Assembly (NCBI GenBank): GCA_965248835.1
Contig: CBDFLJ010000001.1
Location: 1,344,001-1,408,000, forward strand
Direction of reading: 5' to 3'
Length of the DNA stretch: 64,000 nt
DNA from: Alphaproteobacteria bacterium
GTDB lineage: Bacteria > Pseudomonadota > Alphaproteobacteria > MPNO01
The translations under genes were made by a program, and so were the position numbers. The first letter of the stretch is position 1. Each line of letters opens with the position of its first letter. The notes under the pieces were generated by a model. The model was not told the DNA's origin. It ran no database searches and saw only the letters and a program-made list of their open reading frames with translations. Positions 50,540-62,357 of the stretch are shown here, in pieces.

Positions 50540-50611
50540 GTGATGCTCCCTTCGGTGGAATAGATCATGCCCGCGACCGCGCGCCAACGACGATCGATCG
50601 GGCGGCCGGGC

Positions 50612-52401
50612 CTATCGGGCGTATAGCGACTCCAATTCGTCGCGATGCGCATCGGTGATCTTGTGGCGGCGAATCTTGAGGGACGGAGTGAGCTGCTCGT
50701 TCTCGATGGTGAACGGATCGGCGCGCAGCGTGAAGCGGCGGACCCGTTCGATCACCGGGAGATCGGCGTTGACCCGCTCGACCGCCTCGCCGAGGGCGAC
50801 CTTGAAGTCCGCGTCCTCCATAAGCGCGTCGAGCTCCGCCGGCTTGCCGGCCTGGCGCGCCCAGTCATGGGCGAACTCCGCCTCGGGCACCAACAGGGCG
50901 ACGAGATGCGGCTTGCGGTCGCCATAGACCATCGCCTGGGCGATCTCCGGCTGCAGGGTCAGGAACCCCTCGACCCGCTGCGGCGAGACGTTGTCGCCGC
51001 CGGAATTGACGATGATGTCCTTCTTGCGGTCGGTGATCCGGATATAGCCGTCCGGGTCGATCTCACCGATATCGCCGGTATGCAGCCAGCCGTCGCGGAC
51101 GGTCTCGGCGGTGGCCTCGTCGTCGCCCCAATAGCCGCTCATCACCAGCTCGCCGCGCACCAGGATCTCACCGTCGTCGGCGGTCTTGACCTCGACGTCG
51201 ACCAGCGGCGGGCCGACGGTTTCGATGCGGACCCTGCTCGGCGGGTTGCAGCTCACGATCGGCGCGGACTCGGTCTGGCCGTAGCCTTGCAACAGCTTCA
51301 GCCCGAGCGCGCTGAAGAAGACGCCGATGTCGTAGTTCAGCGGCGCGCCGCCGGAAACCAGCGCCTTGAGCCGGCCGCCGAAACGCGCGCGCACCTTGGC
51401 GCGGACCAGCCGGTCGAGCGCGGCATCGACGATCTTCTCGCCCAGCGACAGCGCGGGCGCGCCGCCGACCCGCCGCGCGCCGAGTTCGACCGCCTTGTCG
51501 AACAGCCTGGCCTTGAGGCCGCCCTGCTGGGCGACGCCGCGGGTGATCCGGCCATGCATGGTCTCGTAGAGCCGCGGCACGGCGGTCATGATCGTCGGGC
51601 GCACCTCGGCCATGTTGCCGGCAAGCTTGTCGACACCCTCGGCGTAGTAGATCTGCGCGCCGATCGACAGCGGGAACATCAGCCCCGCGGTGTGCTCGTA
51701 GGCGTGCGACAGCGGCAGGAAGGACAGGAACACCTCCTCCGCCAGCCCGAGCTCGAGCAGAAGCCGGTGGGCGCCCTTGCAGTTGCACAGGATCGCGCCG
51801 TGGCTGAGCATCACCCCCTTGGGCACCCCGCCGGTGCCCGAGGTGTAGATCAGGCACGCGGTGTCGGACCTGCCGATCGCGGCGGCCTCGGCCGCGACCG
51901 CCCGACCGCGCCGTTGCCCGCCGCGACCGCGTCGGGCCAGTAATGGACCGCAGGGCCGGCGCCCGCCGGCTCCGAAGGCGGCTCGATCATGATCACGGCG
52001 TCGAGCCCGTCGACATCCGCGGCGGCGGACAACGCGCGCTCGGCCAAAGCCGGCGTCGAGACGATCAGCACTCTCGCGCCGCTGTTGGACATTACGTGCC
52101 GATGATCGCCCACCTGGTTGGTGACATAGGCCGGCACCGAGATCGCGCCGGCGGCCATGATGGCGAGGTCGGCGATCGCCCATTCCGGCCGGTTCTCGGC
52201 CACCAGCATCACCCGGTCGCCGCGCCCGATGCCGATCGCGCCCAGGAAACCGGCGAGGCCCGCGACCTGTCGCGCGGCCTCGGCGCCGGAAACCGAAACC
52301 CATTCGCCGTCGCGCTTGGCCCACAGCAGCGGCCGGTCGCCGACCTGCTCCACGACGTCGAAGAACATCGCGGGCAGGTTCGGCCAGCTATCGTAGCGCA
52401 T
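50612..52401 (-). pseudogene. fadD: Long-chain fatty acid-CoA ligase with a single frameshift at about 51901-51903
   Basis: N-terminal 51850-52401 and C-terminal frame (IYTSGTGGVPKG, QGYGQTE, WLHTGD) rejoin if one G is added to a GGG run. Confidence 0.82.
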
Positions 52402-52544
52402 CGAATTTCCCTCGATCACCAAAGCGCCGCTCCACCCGTCGCGACCGGGTGCGGCAAGGTCTCGATAAGCGTCGTGTCCTCTCGGTCGTCATTGGCCTGC
52501 CCCTTTGTATCCCTTATATCCTGACTCTGATGCCGGAGCCAAAA

Positions 52545-54332
52545 ATGCGTGACCAGCCCACCGCTGCCGTGCTCGGAGACCTGCCCTGTTGGGACCTTAA
52601 GGACCTCTACCCGGGCCCCGACAGCGATGCGCTGGAGTGTGATCTAAGCCGCGCGGAGGCCGATGCCAAGGCGTTCAACGGGCGCTGGGCCGGCCGGCTG
52701 GCGGACCTCGAAGGGGCTGATTTCGGCCGCTCAATCGTCGAATACGAGGCCCTGGAGGACCTCACCGGCCGCGCGACGAGCTTTGCCGAGCTGCGCCATG
52801 CGGGCGACCTGAGCGACCCGGAGATCGGTCGGTTCTACCAGGCCGTCCAGGAGCGGGTGACCGCGATCTCCGCCGAACTGCTGTTCTTCACCCTGGAGAT
52901 CAATGCGCTGGAGGACGCGGCGCTGGAGCGCCTGCTGGCGGTGCCCGAGGCCGCACACTACCGCCCCTGGCTGCGCGCCATCCGTCTGTTCCGGCCCCAC
53001 CAGCTCAGCGAGGAAGCCGAGCGCCTGCTTCACGACAAACGCCTGACCGGGCGCGCGGCCTGGAACCGGCTGTTCGACCAGACCATGGCCGATCTGCGCT
53101 TCCCGGTCGACGGCCGGGACCTGACGATCCAGGAGGCCATGCACCTTGAGTCGGACCCCGACGGGACGGTGCGGCGCAAGGCCGCGGAATCGGTCGGCGC
53201 GGTGTTGGGCGCGAACATCCGGGTTTTCGCGCTGATCACCAACACGCTGGCCAAGGACAAGGAGATCGAGGACGGCTGGCGTGGCTTCCCCGCTCCACAA
53301 TCCGCGCGCCACCTGGGCAACCGGGTCGAGGCGTCTGTTGTCGATGCGCTGACCGATTCGGTGCGCGCCGCCTACCCGAAGCTGTCGCACCGCTACTACG
53401 CGCTCAAGGCGCGTTGGCTGGGCGTTGAGGTGCTCGACTACTGGGACCGCAACGCGCCCCTGCCGGAGGCGGACGAGCGGCTGATCCCGTGGGAGGAGGC
53501 GTCCGGCATCGTGCTGGAGGCCTACGATGCGTTCTCGCCGCCGCTCGGCGAGATCGGCCGCCGGTTCTTCGACAACGCCTGGATCGATGCCGGCGCACGA
53601 GCCGGCAAGTCGCCCGGCGCGTTCGCCCATCCGACGGTGCCCTCCGCCCATCCCTATCTGTTGCTCAACTACCAGGGCAGGACGCGCGACGTCATGACGC
53701 TGGCCCACGAGCTGGGGCACGGCGTCCACCAGGTGCTGGCCGGGCCGCGCGGGGCGCTGATGGCCGAGACCCCTCTGACCCTGGCCGAGACCGCCTCGGT
53801 GTTCGGCGAGATGCTGACCTTCAGGGCGCTGCTCGCCGCGTGCACCGATTCGGCGCGGCGCAAGGCGCTGCTCGCCTCCAAGGTGCAGGACATGCTGAAC
53901 ACGGTGGTCCGCCAGACCGCTTTCTATAGCTTCGAGTCGCGTGTCCATCAGGCCCGCCGCGAGGGCGAGCTGACCGCCGACCGGCTGGGCGAGATCTGGT
54001 TGGAGGTCCAGGCCGAGAGCCTCGGCCCGTCGGTTCGGCTGGGCGGCGACTACCGCTATTACTGGTCCTATATCCCGCATTTCATCCATAGCCCGTTCTA
54101 TGTCTACGCTTACGCCTTCGGCGACTGCCTGGTGAACGCGCTCTATGCGGTCTACCAGGATGCGCATCCGGGGTTTGCCGAAAAATATCTCGACATGCTG
54201 CGGGCCGGCGGAACGCTCGGGCACCGCGAACTGCTGGCGCCGTTCGGTCTCGATGCCTCGGATCCGGCCTTCTGGTCGCGTGGGCTTGCGGTCATCGGCG
54301 GGCTGATCGACCAGCTCGAGGCGCTGAGGTGA
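52545..54332 (+). CDS. pepF: M3 family oligoendopeptidase F
   Basis: WDLKDLY, GKSPGAF, HELGH zinc motif, AETAS, FYVYAY. Confidence 0.92.
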   Translation: MRDQPTAAVLGDLPCWDLKDLYPGPDSDALECDLSRAEADAKAFNGRWAGRLADLEGADFGRSIVEYEALEDLTGRATSFAELRHAGDLSDPEIGRFYQAVQERVTAISAELLFFTLEINALEDAALERLLAVPEAAHYRPWLRAIRLFRPHQLSEEAERLLHDKRLTGRAAWNRLFDQTMADLRFPVDGRDLTIQEAMHLESDPDGTVRRKAAESVGAVLGANIRVFALITNTLAKDKEIEDGWRGFPAPQSARHLGNRVEASVVDALTDSVRAAYPKLSHRYYALKARWLGVEVLDYWDRNAPLPEADERLIPWEEASGIVLEAYDAFSPPLGEIGRRFFDNAWIDAGARAGKSPGAFAHPTVPSAHPYLLLNYQGRTRDVMTLAHELGHGVHQVLAGPRGALMAETPLTLAETASVFGEMLTFRALLAACTDSARRKALLASKVQDMLNTVVRQTAFYSFESRVHQARREGELTADRLGEIWLEVQAESLGPSVRLGGDYRYYWSYIPHFIHSPFYVYAYAFGDCLVNALYAVYQDAHPGFAEKYLDMLRAGGTLGHRELLAPFGLDASDPAFWSRGLAVIGGLIDQLEALR

Positions 54333-55714
54333 GCGGACCGTCCGATCGATCGGGCAGCGGTTCCGACGGCGCGGCCGGGGAGGCGAACCGGCTGAGCGGA
54401 CGGGTGCGCCGCTACACCCGGGTCGGCGCGGCAGTCGGCGGCATCGCCGCCCGGATCGCTGGCGAGCGTTATCTCGGCGTCAAGGCGGACCGGGAGCGCA
54501 ACGCGGAGGACCTCAAGCGCGCGCTAGGCGGCCTCAAGGGCCCGCTGATGAAGGTCGCGCAGATCATGTCGACCGTGCCCGACATGCTGCCCAAGGAATA
54601 TGTCGACCAGCTCACGGAATTGCAGTCCAACGCGCCGCCGATGGGCTGGCTGTTCGTGCGCCGCCGCATGGCCGCCGAGCTCGGCCCGCAATGGCAGTCC
54701 CTGTTCGCCGACTTCGAGCACGCCGCCGCCGCCGCCGCTTCGCTGGGCCAGGTCCACCGCGCGCAGTCCCATGACGGCCGCGCGCTCGCCTGCAAGCTGC
54801 AATATCCCGACATGTCGTCCGCCGTGGAGGCCGACCTCCGCCAGCTCCGCGTGGTGTTTGCGATCTACCACCGCTATGACCGCGCGGTCGATCCGCGCGA
54901 TATCCACGCCGAGATCTCCGACCGGCTGCGCGAGGAGCTCGACTATGAGCGCGAAGCCCGGCACATGGCGCTCTACCGGCTGATGCACGCCGAGGAAAAC
55001 GGTGTGCATGTGCCCGAGCCGATCCCGGAGCTTTCGACGCGTCGGCTCCTGACCATGACCTGGCTCGACGGTCGGCGCCTGATGGAGGCCGCCGATGCCG
55101 GACTCGCGGTGCGCAACCGGGTGGCCTTCAACATGTTCAGGGCCTGGTACGTACCGTTCTACAATTACGGCGTCATCCACGGCGATCCGCATCTGGGCAA
55201 CTACTCGGTCCGCCCCGACCAGTCGGTCAACCTGCTCGATTTCGGCTGTATCCGGGTGTTCGAGCCGCCCTTCGTCCAGGGCGTGATCGACCTGCACCGC
55301 GCGCTGGAGACCCATGACGAGGCGCTGGCGGTGCACGCCTACGAGACCTGGGGCTTCGACAAGCTGACCAAGGAGGTAATCGATACCCTCAACCTGTGGG
55401 CGGCGTTCGTCTACGCGCCGCTGCTGGAGGACAAGCCGCGGCGCATCCAGGAATCCGAAGGCGGCATGTACGGCGCCAACGTCGCGGCGAAGGTCCATGC
55501 CGAGTTGCGCCGGCTGGGCGGGGTGACGCCGCCGCGCGAGTTCGTGCTGATGGACCGCGCGGCGATCGGGCTGGGCTCGGTCTTCATGCATCTGAAGGCC
55601 GAGATCAACTGGTACCGGATCTTCCACGACCTCGTCGCGGGCTTCGATGCCAAGGCGCTGGGCGCCCGCCAGAAAGCCGCGCTCGACAAAGCCGGCGTGC
55701 CGCCTAGCGCGTGA
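54329..55714 (+). CDS. ABC1/UbiB (AarF) atypical kinase
   Basis: AAASLGQVH, KLQYP, EELDY, HGDPHLGN, LDFG. Confidence 0.9.
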   Translation: MSGPSDRSGSGSDGAAGEANRLSGRVRRYTRVGAAVGGIAARIAGERYLGVKADRERNAEDLKRALGGLKGPLMKVAQIMSTVPDMLPKEYVDQLTELQSNAPPMGWLFVRRRMAAELGPQWQSLFADFEHAAAAAASLGQVHRAQSHDGRALACKLQYPDMSSAVEADLRQLRVVFAIYHRYDRAVDPRDIHAEISDRLREELDYEREARHMALYRLMHAEENGVHVPEPIPELSTRRLLTMTWLDGRRLMEAADAGLAVRNRVAFNMFRAWYVPFYNYGVIHGDPHLGNYSVRPDQSVNLLDFGCIRVFEPPFVQGVIDLHRALETHDEALAVHAYETWGFDKLTKEVIDTLNLWAAFVYAPLLEDKPRRIQESEGGMYGANVAAKVHAELRRLGGVTPPREFVLMDRAAIGLGSVFMHLKAEINWYRIFHDLVAGFDAKALGARQKAALDKAGVPPSA

Positions 55715-56954
55715 CCTCGCCCAGCACGGTTCGGATCGCTTCGGTGAGCCGGGACAGATCGCCGCTGTCGATGATCAGCGGCGGCATCAGGTAGATCACA
55801 TCACCGAGCGGGCGGATCCAGACGCCCTCGGCGACGAACCGCCGGCGCAGCGCGGCGGGATCCTCGATGCGGGCGAGCTGGACCACGCCGACAGCACCGC
55901 GAACCCGGACATCGACCACCCCGGACATCGTGCGGCACGGCGCGAGCTCTTGCGCGAGCTGGGCCTCGATCGCCGCGACCTGGGCAAGGCGCGGCTCGCG
56001 CTCGAACAGGTCGAGCGAGGCGTTGGCCGCGGCACAGCCCAGCGGGTTCGCCATGTAGGAGGGTCCGTGCATCAGCGCCTTGTCCGGGTCCGCGCTCTCG
56101 AAGGCGGAAAACACCCGCCGGTTGGCGACGGTGGCGGCCAGCCCCATCGTCCCGCCGGTCAGCGCCTTGGACAGGCAGATGATGTCCGGCGCCGCGCCCG
56201 CCGCCTGGAAGGCGAACATCGGGCCGGTCCGCGCGAAGCCGGTCGCCACCTCGTCCAGGATCAGCAGAACGTCGTTGCGGGCGCATGCCCGGGCGATGCC
56301 GGCGACGGTCTCCGGCGGGTGAAACTTCATGTTGCCCGCGGCCTGGACCAGGGGCTCCAGGATCACCGCGGCGATCTCGCCGCGCCTGCGGGCCAGCATC
56401 GCATCGAAACCGGCCATCGCCGCGCTGCCGATCGGCACGTCGTGGAGAATCTGTTCGGGGACATAGCCGCCCAGCAGCCGGTGCATCCCGTCTTCGGGGT
56501 CGCAGACCGCCATCGCGCCCAGCGTGTCGCCGTGATAGCCCCAGCGGAAGCAGACCAACCGGTCGCGGCCCTCCACGCCGGCGTTGCGCCAGTACTGGAT
56601 GGCCATCCTGAGCGCGACTTCCACCGAGACCGAGCCGGAGTCGCTGAAGAACACCCGGTCGAGTCCGTGGCCCAGCAGTGCCGCCAGCCGGCGCGACAGG
56701 CGCATCGCCGGCTGGTGGACCAGCCCGCCGAACATCACGTGCGGCATGCGGGCAAGCTGGTCGGTCATGGCCGCCCGGATGTGGGGGTGGTTATAGCCGT
56801 GACACGCCGTCCACCACGACGCGATCCCGTCGATCAACGCGGTCCCGTCGGCCAGGCGTATGCGCACGCCCTCGGTCCCCACCGCCTCGATCGGCGGCGG
56901 GGTTCCGGTCATCGGCGTATAGGGAAACCAGAGGTGGTCCGGGGTCTCAGCCAC
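55704..56954 (-). CDS. bioA: Adenosylmethionine-8-amino-7-oxononanoate aminotransferase
   Basis: [42 protein letters not shown]. Confidence 0.94.
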   Translation of the reverse strand: MAETPDHLWFPYTPMTGTPPPIEAVGTEGVRIRLADGTALIDGIASWWTACHGYNHPHIRAAMTDQLARMPHVMFGGLVHQPAMRLSRRLAALLGHGLDRVFFSDSGSVSVEVALRMAIQYWRNAGVEGRDRLVCFRWGYHGDTLGAMAVCDPEDGMHRLLGGYVPEQILHDVPIGSAAMAGFDAMLARRRGEIAAVILEPLVQAAGNMKFHPPETVAGIARACARNDVLLILDEVATGFARTGPMFAFQAAGAAPDIICLSKALTGGTMGLAATVANRRVFSAFESADPDKALMHGPSYMANPLGCAAANASLDLFEREPRLAQVAAIEAQLAQELAPCRTMSGVVDVRVRGAVGVVQLARIEDPAALRRRFVAEGVWIRPLGDVIYLMPPLIIDSGDLSRLTEAIRTVLGEVTR

Positions 56955-57915
56955 CGGCCGCTGGGTAGGGTTCGATGCCGAGCTTGTGGAACAGCCCGTC
57001 ATCGGCCGCCGCGTCCGGGTTGGGGGTCGTCAGCAGCTTCTCGCCGTGGAAGATCGAATTGGCACCGGCATGGAAGCATAGCGCCTGCATCGCTTCGTCC
57101 ATCTCCATGCGTCCGGCGGACAGCCGGACCATCGATGCCGGCATCATGATCCGGGCCGCCGCGACGGTACGGACGAACTCCAGCGCATCGAAGTCGGCGG
57201 CCGCAGCGAGCGGCGTCCCGGGGCTGCGCACCAGCATGTTGATCGGCACGCTCTCCGGCGGCGGGTCCATGTTGGCCAGCGTGACCAGCATGTCCGCTCG
57301 GTCCCGGCGCGTCTCGCCCATGCCGAGGATGCCGCCGCAGCACACCGCGATCCCGGCTTCGCGCACGCGCTGCAGCGTCTCCAGCCGGTCGGAGAACCGG
57401 CGGGTGGTGATGATCTCGCCGTAGAACGACTCCGAGCTGTCGATGTTGTGGTTGTAGTAGTCGAGCCCGGCCTCGCGCAGCCGCTCGGCCTGGCCCGGCT
57501 TCAACAGCCCGAGCGTCGCACAGGTCTCCAGCCCGAGCGCCTTGACGCCGGTGACCATCGCGGCGACCGCCTCGAGGTCGCGCTCGGCCGGCCCGCGCCA
57601 GGCAGCCCCCATGCAGAACCTTGTGGCGCCGGCGGCCTTCGCCTCGCGCGCCGCCGTCAGCACCTCGTCCAGCTTCATCAGGCGCTGTGCGGGCACGCCG
57701 GTATCGAAATGCGCGCTCTGCGGGCAATAGGCGCAGTCCTCCGGGCAAGCGCCGGTCTTGATGCTCAACAGCGTCGAGACCTGGACCCGATTGGGATCGA
57801 AATTCCGGCGGTGGACCGAATGGGCCTCGAACAGGAGGTCGTTGAACGGCAGCGCGAACAGGGCGAGCGCCCGTTCGCGGGTCCAGCCTGCCCGGTCGGT
57901 GGGGGTCTCGGACAT
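56947..57915 (-). CDS. bioB: Biotin synthase
   Basis: CPEDCAYC radical-SAM motif, YYNHNID, ESVPIN, RLSAGR. Confidence 0.96.
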   Translation of the reverse strand: MSETPTDRAGWTRERALALFALPFNDLLFEAHSVHRRNFDPNRVQVSTLLSIKTGACPEDCAYCPQSAHFDTGVPAQRLMKLDEVLTAAREAKAAGATRFCMGAAWRGPAERDLEAVAAMVTGVKALGLETCATLGLLKPGQAERLREAGLDYYNHNIDSSESFYGEIITTRRFSDRLETLQRVREAGIAVCCGGILGMGETRRDRADMLVTLANMDPPPESVPINMLVRSPGTPLAAAADFDALEFVRTVAAARIMMPASMVRLSAGRMEMDEAMQALCFHAGANSIFHGEKLLTTPNPDAAADDGLFHKLGIEPYPAAGG

Positions 57916-57998
57916 GGCCCGGACTATAGTGTCGCGCGATGCCGCCCGCCAGCCTGGATGCGTGCGCGGCGCGGCCATGCGGGGTAGTCTGCGCGACC

Positions 57999-59189
57999 AT
58001 GAAATCGCTCGACGGCTTTGCCGCGGACAAGCTTGCCGCCCTCGCCGCGCGCAATTTGCGGCGGACCCTTTCGATCACCAGCCCGCTCGGCGGCGGGCGG
58101 GTCGGCCGCGACGGGCGGGAGTTGGTCTCGTTCTGCTCGAACGATTATCTCGGGCTCGCCGGCGACGCCCGGCCGCTTGCCGCGGCCGCCCGGGCGCTGG
58201 ACGAATACGGGCTGGGCGCCGGCGCGTCGCGGCTGATTACCGGCAACCATCCGCTGTTCGCGGTGCTGGAACGCCGTCTGGCCGAAATGAAGGGCACCGA
58301 AGATGCCTGCGTCTTCGGCAGCGGCTATCTGGCCAATCTCGGCGTCACGCCGACGCTCGCCGGGCCCGGCGACCTGATCCTGCTGGATACGCTGAGCCAC
58401 GCTTCGATGCATACCGGCGCGCGGCTCGCCCGCAGCCGCATCGAAGTCTTCGCCCACAACGATGCCGCCGATTGCCGGCGGATTCTCGAACGCGCGCGCA
58501 CCGGCCACCGGCGTTGCGTGATCCTGACCGAAGGCGTCTTCAGCATGGACGGCGACCTGGCGCCGCTCGGTCCGCTGGCGGCCCTGGCCGCGGAGTTCGA
58601 CGCCTGGCTGCTGGTCGATGACGCCCATGGCTTCGGCGTCCTTGGTGGCGGCGCGGGCAGCGCGCGCGCGCATGCGCCCCTGCCGGCCGAGATCCCGCTG
58701 CATATCGGCACCTTGTCCAAGGCGGTCGGCGCCTATGGCGGGTTTCTCGCGGCTTCCGGTCCGGTCTGCGCGCTCATCCGGACGCGGGCCCGCAGCTTCG
58801 TCTACTCGACCGGGCTGCCGCCGGCCGTCGTCGCCGGCGCCATCGCCGCGCTCGAGGTCATCGCCGCCGAGCCCGACCGGGTCGCGATGCCCGGCCGCCA
58901 CGCCCGCGCCTTCGCCGAGGCCGCCGGGCTCGCAATGCCGGACAGCCACATCGTGCCAATCGGTCTGGGGACCGCCGATGCCGCGCTTGCGGCCTCGCGC
59001 GCGCTCGAAGACAGGGGATATCTGGTGACCGCGATCCGCCCGCCGACGGTGCCCGAGGGGACCGCGCGGCTGCGCCTGACCTTCTCGGCGGCCCATTCGG
59101 CTGCCGACATTGTCGGCCTGGCGCAGGCGATGATCGATTTGGGACTGGTGCCCGGACAGACGCAAAAGGCCGCGCGAAGCGGCCTTTGA
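57999..59189 (+). CDS. bioF: 8-amino-7-oxononanoate synthase
   Basis: [31 protein letters not shown]; divergent from bioBA. Confidence 0.92.
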   Translation: MKSLDGFAADKLAALAARNLRRTLSITSPLGGGRVGRDGRELVSFCSNDYLGLAGDARPLAAAARALDEYGLGAGASRLITGNHPLFAVLERRLAEMKGTEDACVFGSGYLANLGVTPTLAGPGDLILLDTLSHASMHTGARLARSRIEVFAHNDAADCRRILERARTGHRRCVILTEGVFSMDGDLAPLGPLAALAAEFDAWLLVDDAHGFGVLGGGAGSARAHAPLPAEIPLHIGTLSKAVGAYGGFLAASGPVCALIRTRARSFVYSTGLPPAVVAGAIAALEVIAAEPDRVAMPGRHARAFAEAAGLAMPDSHIVPIGLGTADAALAASRALEDRGYLVTAIRPPTVPEGTARLRLTFSAAHSAADIVGLAQAMIDLGLVPGQTQKAARSGL

Positions 59190-59220
59190 TCCCGGCGGGA
59201 GGGCGCCCGGCGGCTTGTTA

Positions 59221-59424
59221 TTAGTAGCCTTCGCGCTCCAGGCGCTTGCGTTCGAGCTTGCGGGCCCGGCGGACGGCCTCGGCCTTTTCGCGCGCCCGTT
59301 TCTCGGAAGGCTTTTCGTAGGAACGGCGCATTTTCATCTCGCGAAAGATGCCTTCGCGCTGCATCTTCTTCTTGAGCGCACGGAGCGCCTGGTCGACGTC
59401 ATTGTCGCGTACGAGGACTTCCAC
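59221..59424 (-). CDS. rpsU: 30S ribosomal protein S21
   Basis: [29 protein letters not shown]. Confidence 0.96.
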   Translation of the reverse strand: MEVLVRDNDVDQALRALKKKMQREGIFREMKMRRSYEKPSEKRAREKAEAVRRARKLERKRLEREGY

Positions 59425-59613
59425 GGTGTCGCCGTCTCCAACATTGTTGCGGAACCAGACTCGCGCGCCGCTCCCGCCTGTGTCCCCGGTGCGCGATCCG
59501 CCAGTCTAGCACGGATCGTCGAGAATTTGGAACGCTAATCGATCGGGCGGAAATATGGTATTTCGGAACCGATCGTGCAATCCGTCAACCACCGGGAAAC
59601 GGACCAAAGGCCC

Positions 59614-60159
59614 ATGACCCTGCTGAAGATCGCCCGGATGGGCCACCCCGTGCTGCTGAGATCCGCTGCGCCCGTCGCCGACCCGACCGCGCGCGATATC
59701 CGCCGGCTGGTCCAGGACATGGTCGAGACCATGGAGGATGCCCAAGGCGTCGGCCTCGCCGCGCCCCAGGTCCATGTCAGCCGGCGGGTGATCATCTTCC
59801 AGGCGCCGGCCGAGCGCATGGAAGATGGCGAGGAGGCCCAAGCCGTGCCGACGACGGCGCTGGTCAACCCCGAATTCGAGCCCTTGAGCGAAGACCGGGC
59901 GCTCGGCTGGGAGGGGTGCCTGTCGATCCCCGGCCTGACCGGAGCGGTCCCGCGCTTTACCGGCATCCGCTACCGCGGCCTGACCACCGCCGGGCAGGCG
60001 GTCGAGCGCGAGGCCCACGGCTTCCACGCGCGCGTCGTCCAGCACGAGATCGATCATCTGGACGGCATTCTCTACACCATGCGCATGGACGACCTTGGCA
60101 CGCTCGCCTTCAACGAGGAGCTCCGTCGCACCCTTGATGCGGCGCGCGAGGACGAATGA
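59614..60159 (+). CDS. def: Peptide deformylase
   Basis: GVGLAAPQ, EGCLS, QHEIDHLDG. Confidence 0.96.
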   Translation: MTLLKIARMGHPVLLRSAAPVADPTARDIRRLVQDMVETMEDAQGVGLAAPQVHVSRRVIIFQAPAERMEDGEEAQAVPTTALVNPEFEPLSEDRALGWEGCLSIPGLTGAVPRFTGIRYRGLTTAGQAVEREAHGFHARVVQHEIDHLDGILYTMRMDDLGTLAFNEELRRTLDAAREDE

Positions 60160-60824
60160 GCGCCGAAGCGGACGCTGCCCGAAAGGCTCTGCACGCGCGT
60201 CTGATGACCGCGGCGATGGCCCATGTCGACTTCGACGGCTGGACGTGGCGTGCGCTCGAGACCGGGGCGGGCGATCTCGGGCTCGATGGGATCGAGGCGA
60301 GGCGGCTCTTTCCGGGCGGGCCGGCCGAGCTTTTCCGCGCCTTCAACGACTGGGCCGACGAACGGATGGCCGAGGCACAGGGCGCGCAGGCCCTGGAGGG
60401 GATGCGGCTGAACGAACGGGTGCAGGCCGCAATCCTTGCCCGTTTCGCGGCCCTGGCACCGTATCGCGAGGCGGTGCGCCGCGGGATGGGGTTCGCTGCC
60501 CTACCAGGCAATGCCGCGCTCGGGCTCGCCTGTTTCGGCCGCACGATCGACCGCATCTGGCGTCTGGCCGGCGACCGCTCGGCCGATTTCAGCTACTACA
60601 CCAAGCGCGCGCTGCTTGCGGGCGTGCTCGCCTCGACCACGCTCGCCTGGCTCGACGACCGCAGCGAGGACGGCCGCATCACCCGGGAATTCCTTGCCCG
60701 CCGCATCGCCGATGTTCTGCGCATTCAACGCGCCCGGGGCAGGATCGAACGGCTCGCGGCGCGCCTTCCCGGCCCGGGCGGCCTGGCTGGCTGGCGCGCC
60801 CGGCGCGGGCCCGGTGGCCTCTGA
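60156..60824 (+). CDS. COQ9 family protein (rpsU-divergent)
   Basis: HVDFDGW, IWRLAGDRSADFSYYTKR, FLARRI. Confidence 0.88.
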   Translation: MSAEADAARKALHARLMTAAMAHVDFDGWTWRALETGAGDLGLDGIEARRLFPGGPAELFRAFNDWADERMAEAQGAQALEGMRLNERVQAAILARFAALAPYREAVRRGMGFAALPGNAALGLACFGRTIDRIWRLAGDRSADFSYYTKRALLAGVLASTTLAWLDDRSEDGRITREFLARRIADVLRIQRARGRIERLAARLPGPGGLAGWRARRGPGGL

Positions 60825-60845
60825 ACGAAGCGGGGAGATTTCGCC

Positions 60846-62357
60846 ATGGCCGGAGAAGGCGGCAAACTGCTGGTTCGCGGTGGGATGGTCTATGACCACG
60901 ACGGCGACGTCCACAAGCCTGCGACAGCCGATATCCTGATCGAAGGCGCGGAGATCGTGGCCGTCGGGCCCGACCTCGACGATGACGACACCGAAAGCGC
61001 CGAGATCCTCGATGCCTCCGGCCATCTGGTCATCCCGGGGCTGATCAATGCCCACTACCACTCCCACGACACGTTGTGCCGGGGGATGTTCGAGGAGCTG
61101 CCGCTGGAGATGTGGCTGCTCTACACGCTGCCCATGGGTGCCAACCGCAGCAAGGAGGAGGTGCGCGTGCGCACCCTGGTGGGCGCGTTGGAGTCCATGC
61201 GCTGCGGCATCACGACCGTCCAGGACATGCTGGGGCTGATCCCGCTGAGCGAGGACTATGTCGACATCGTCGTCCAGGCCTATGAGGAGATCGGCCAGCG
61301 GGTGATCTTCTCGCCCATGGTCGCCGACATCCCGGCCGTGGCTATGGCGTGCTTCCGCGAGCTCCTGCCCGCCGAGGTGCAGGAGATGCTTGGCACCAAG
61401 GCACTCGAAGCCGGGCCGCAGCTCGACTTCCTCGACGCCCAGATCGGACGCCATCGGGGCGGCGGCACGCTGCACTGGGCGGTCGGCCCGTTCGCTCCGC
61501 AACGCTGCTCCCCGCATCTGCTCGAAGGCTGCGCGGGTCTTGCCGAGCGCCACGACCTCGGGCTCTACATCCATGTTTACGAGACCCGCGGCCAAATCGT
61601 CATGGCGCGCGCGTTCTACCGCGATCACGGCGGCTCGTTCATCGCGTATCTTGACAGCGCCGGGGTGCTGAACCGCCGGCTCAACATCGCCCACAGCGTC
61701 TGGCTGAGCCGGGCTGAGATGGACCGGATGGCCGCCGCCGATGCCGGCGCGGTGCTCAACCACATGAGCAACATGAAGCTCAAATCCGGCATGGCCCCGG
61801 TGCTCGACATGCGCGAGGCCGGAATGCGGGTGGCGCTGGGCTGCGACAACTGCTCGGGCAGCGACGTCCAGAACATGTTCCAGGCGATGAAGATGTACTG
61901 CCTGCTGTCGGCGGTCAGCGATCCCGAGCCGGGCCCGCCGCGCGCCCAAGAGGCGCTGCGGCATGCAACGCTCGGCGGGGCGCGGAGCGCGATGCTCGAG
62001 GACCGGCTGGGCGCGATCACGCCGGGCCGCAAGGCCGATCTGGTCCTGCTCGACATGAACGACACCGCCTATCTGCCCTATAACAGCGCCGCCCGCCAGA
62101 TCGTCTACAGCGAGTCCGGCCGCGGGGTTGCCACCGTGATCATCGACGGCCGCATCGTGGTCAGGGACCGGCTCTGCCAGACCATCGACGAAGACGCGCT
62201 GCGCCGCGAGGTACGCGATCTGATGCGCAGCTTCATCGCCGACTACGATGAGATCGTGAAATCGCGCGAAGCCGCCCTGCCCCACATGCGGGCCGTCCAT
62301 CGCAAGGTGTGGGAAACCGACGTCGGTCTGGAGCGGTTCGTCGCACGAACCCGCTAG
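60846..62357 (+). CDS. Metal-dependent amidohydrolase (AtzA/MtaD-like deaminase)
   Basis: PGLINAHYH, HVYET, AHSVW, SNMKLKSG, LGCD, GRKADLV. Confidence 0.88.
   Translation: MAGEGGKLLVRGGMVYDHDGDVHKPATADILIEGAEIVAVGPDLDDDDTESAEILDASGHLVIPGLINAHYHSHDTLCRGMFEELPLEMWLLYTLPMGANRSKEEVRVRTLVGALESMRCGITTVQDMLGLIPLSEDYVDIVVQAYEEIGQRVIFSPMVADIPAVAMACFRELLPAEVQEMLGTKALEAGPQLDFLDAQIGRHRGGGTLHWAVGPFAPQRCSPHLLEGCAGLAERHDLGLYIHVYETRGQIVMARAFYRDHGGSFIAYLDSAGVLNRRLNIAHSVWLSRAEMDRMAAADAGAVLNHMSNMKLKSGMAPVLDMREAGMRVALGCDNCSGSDVQNMFQAMKMYCLLSAVSDPEPGPPRAQEALRHATLGGARSAMLEDRLGAITPGRKADLVLLDMNDTAYLPYNSAARQIVYSESGRGVATVIIDGRIVVRDRLCQTIDEDALRREVRDLMRSFIADYDEIVKSREAALPHMRAVHRKVWETDVGLERFVARTR

Noticed and set aside
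51895-51910. Programmed frameshift or phase variation in fadD
   Set aside because: No slippery heptamer, and a 3-G run is too short for phase variation
57999-59189. Serine palmitoyltransferase
   Set aside because: Motifs and position next to bioB/bioA favour BioF
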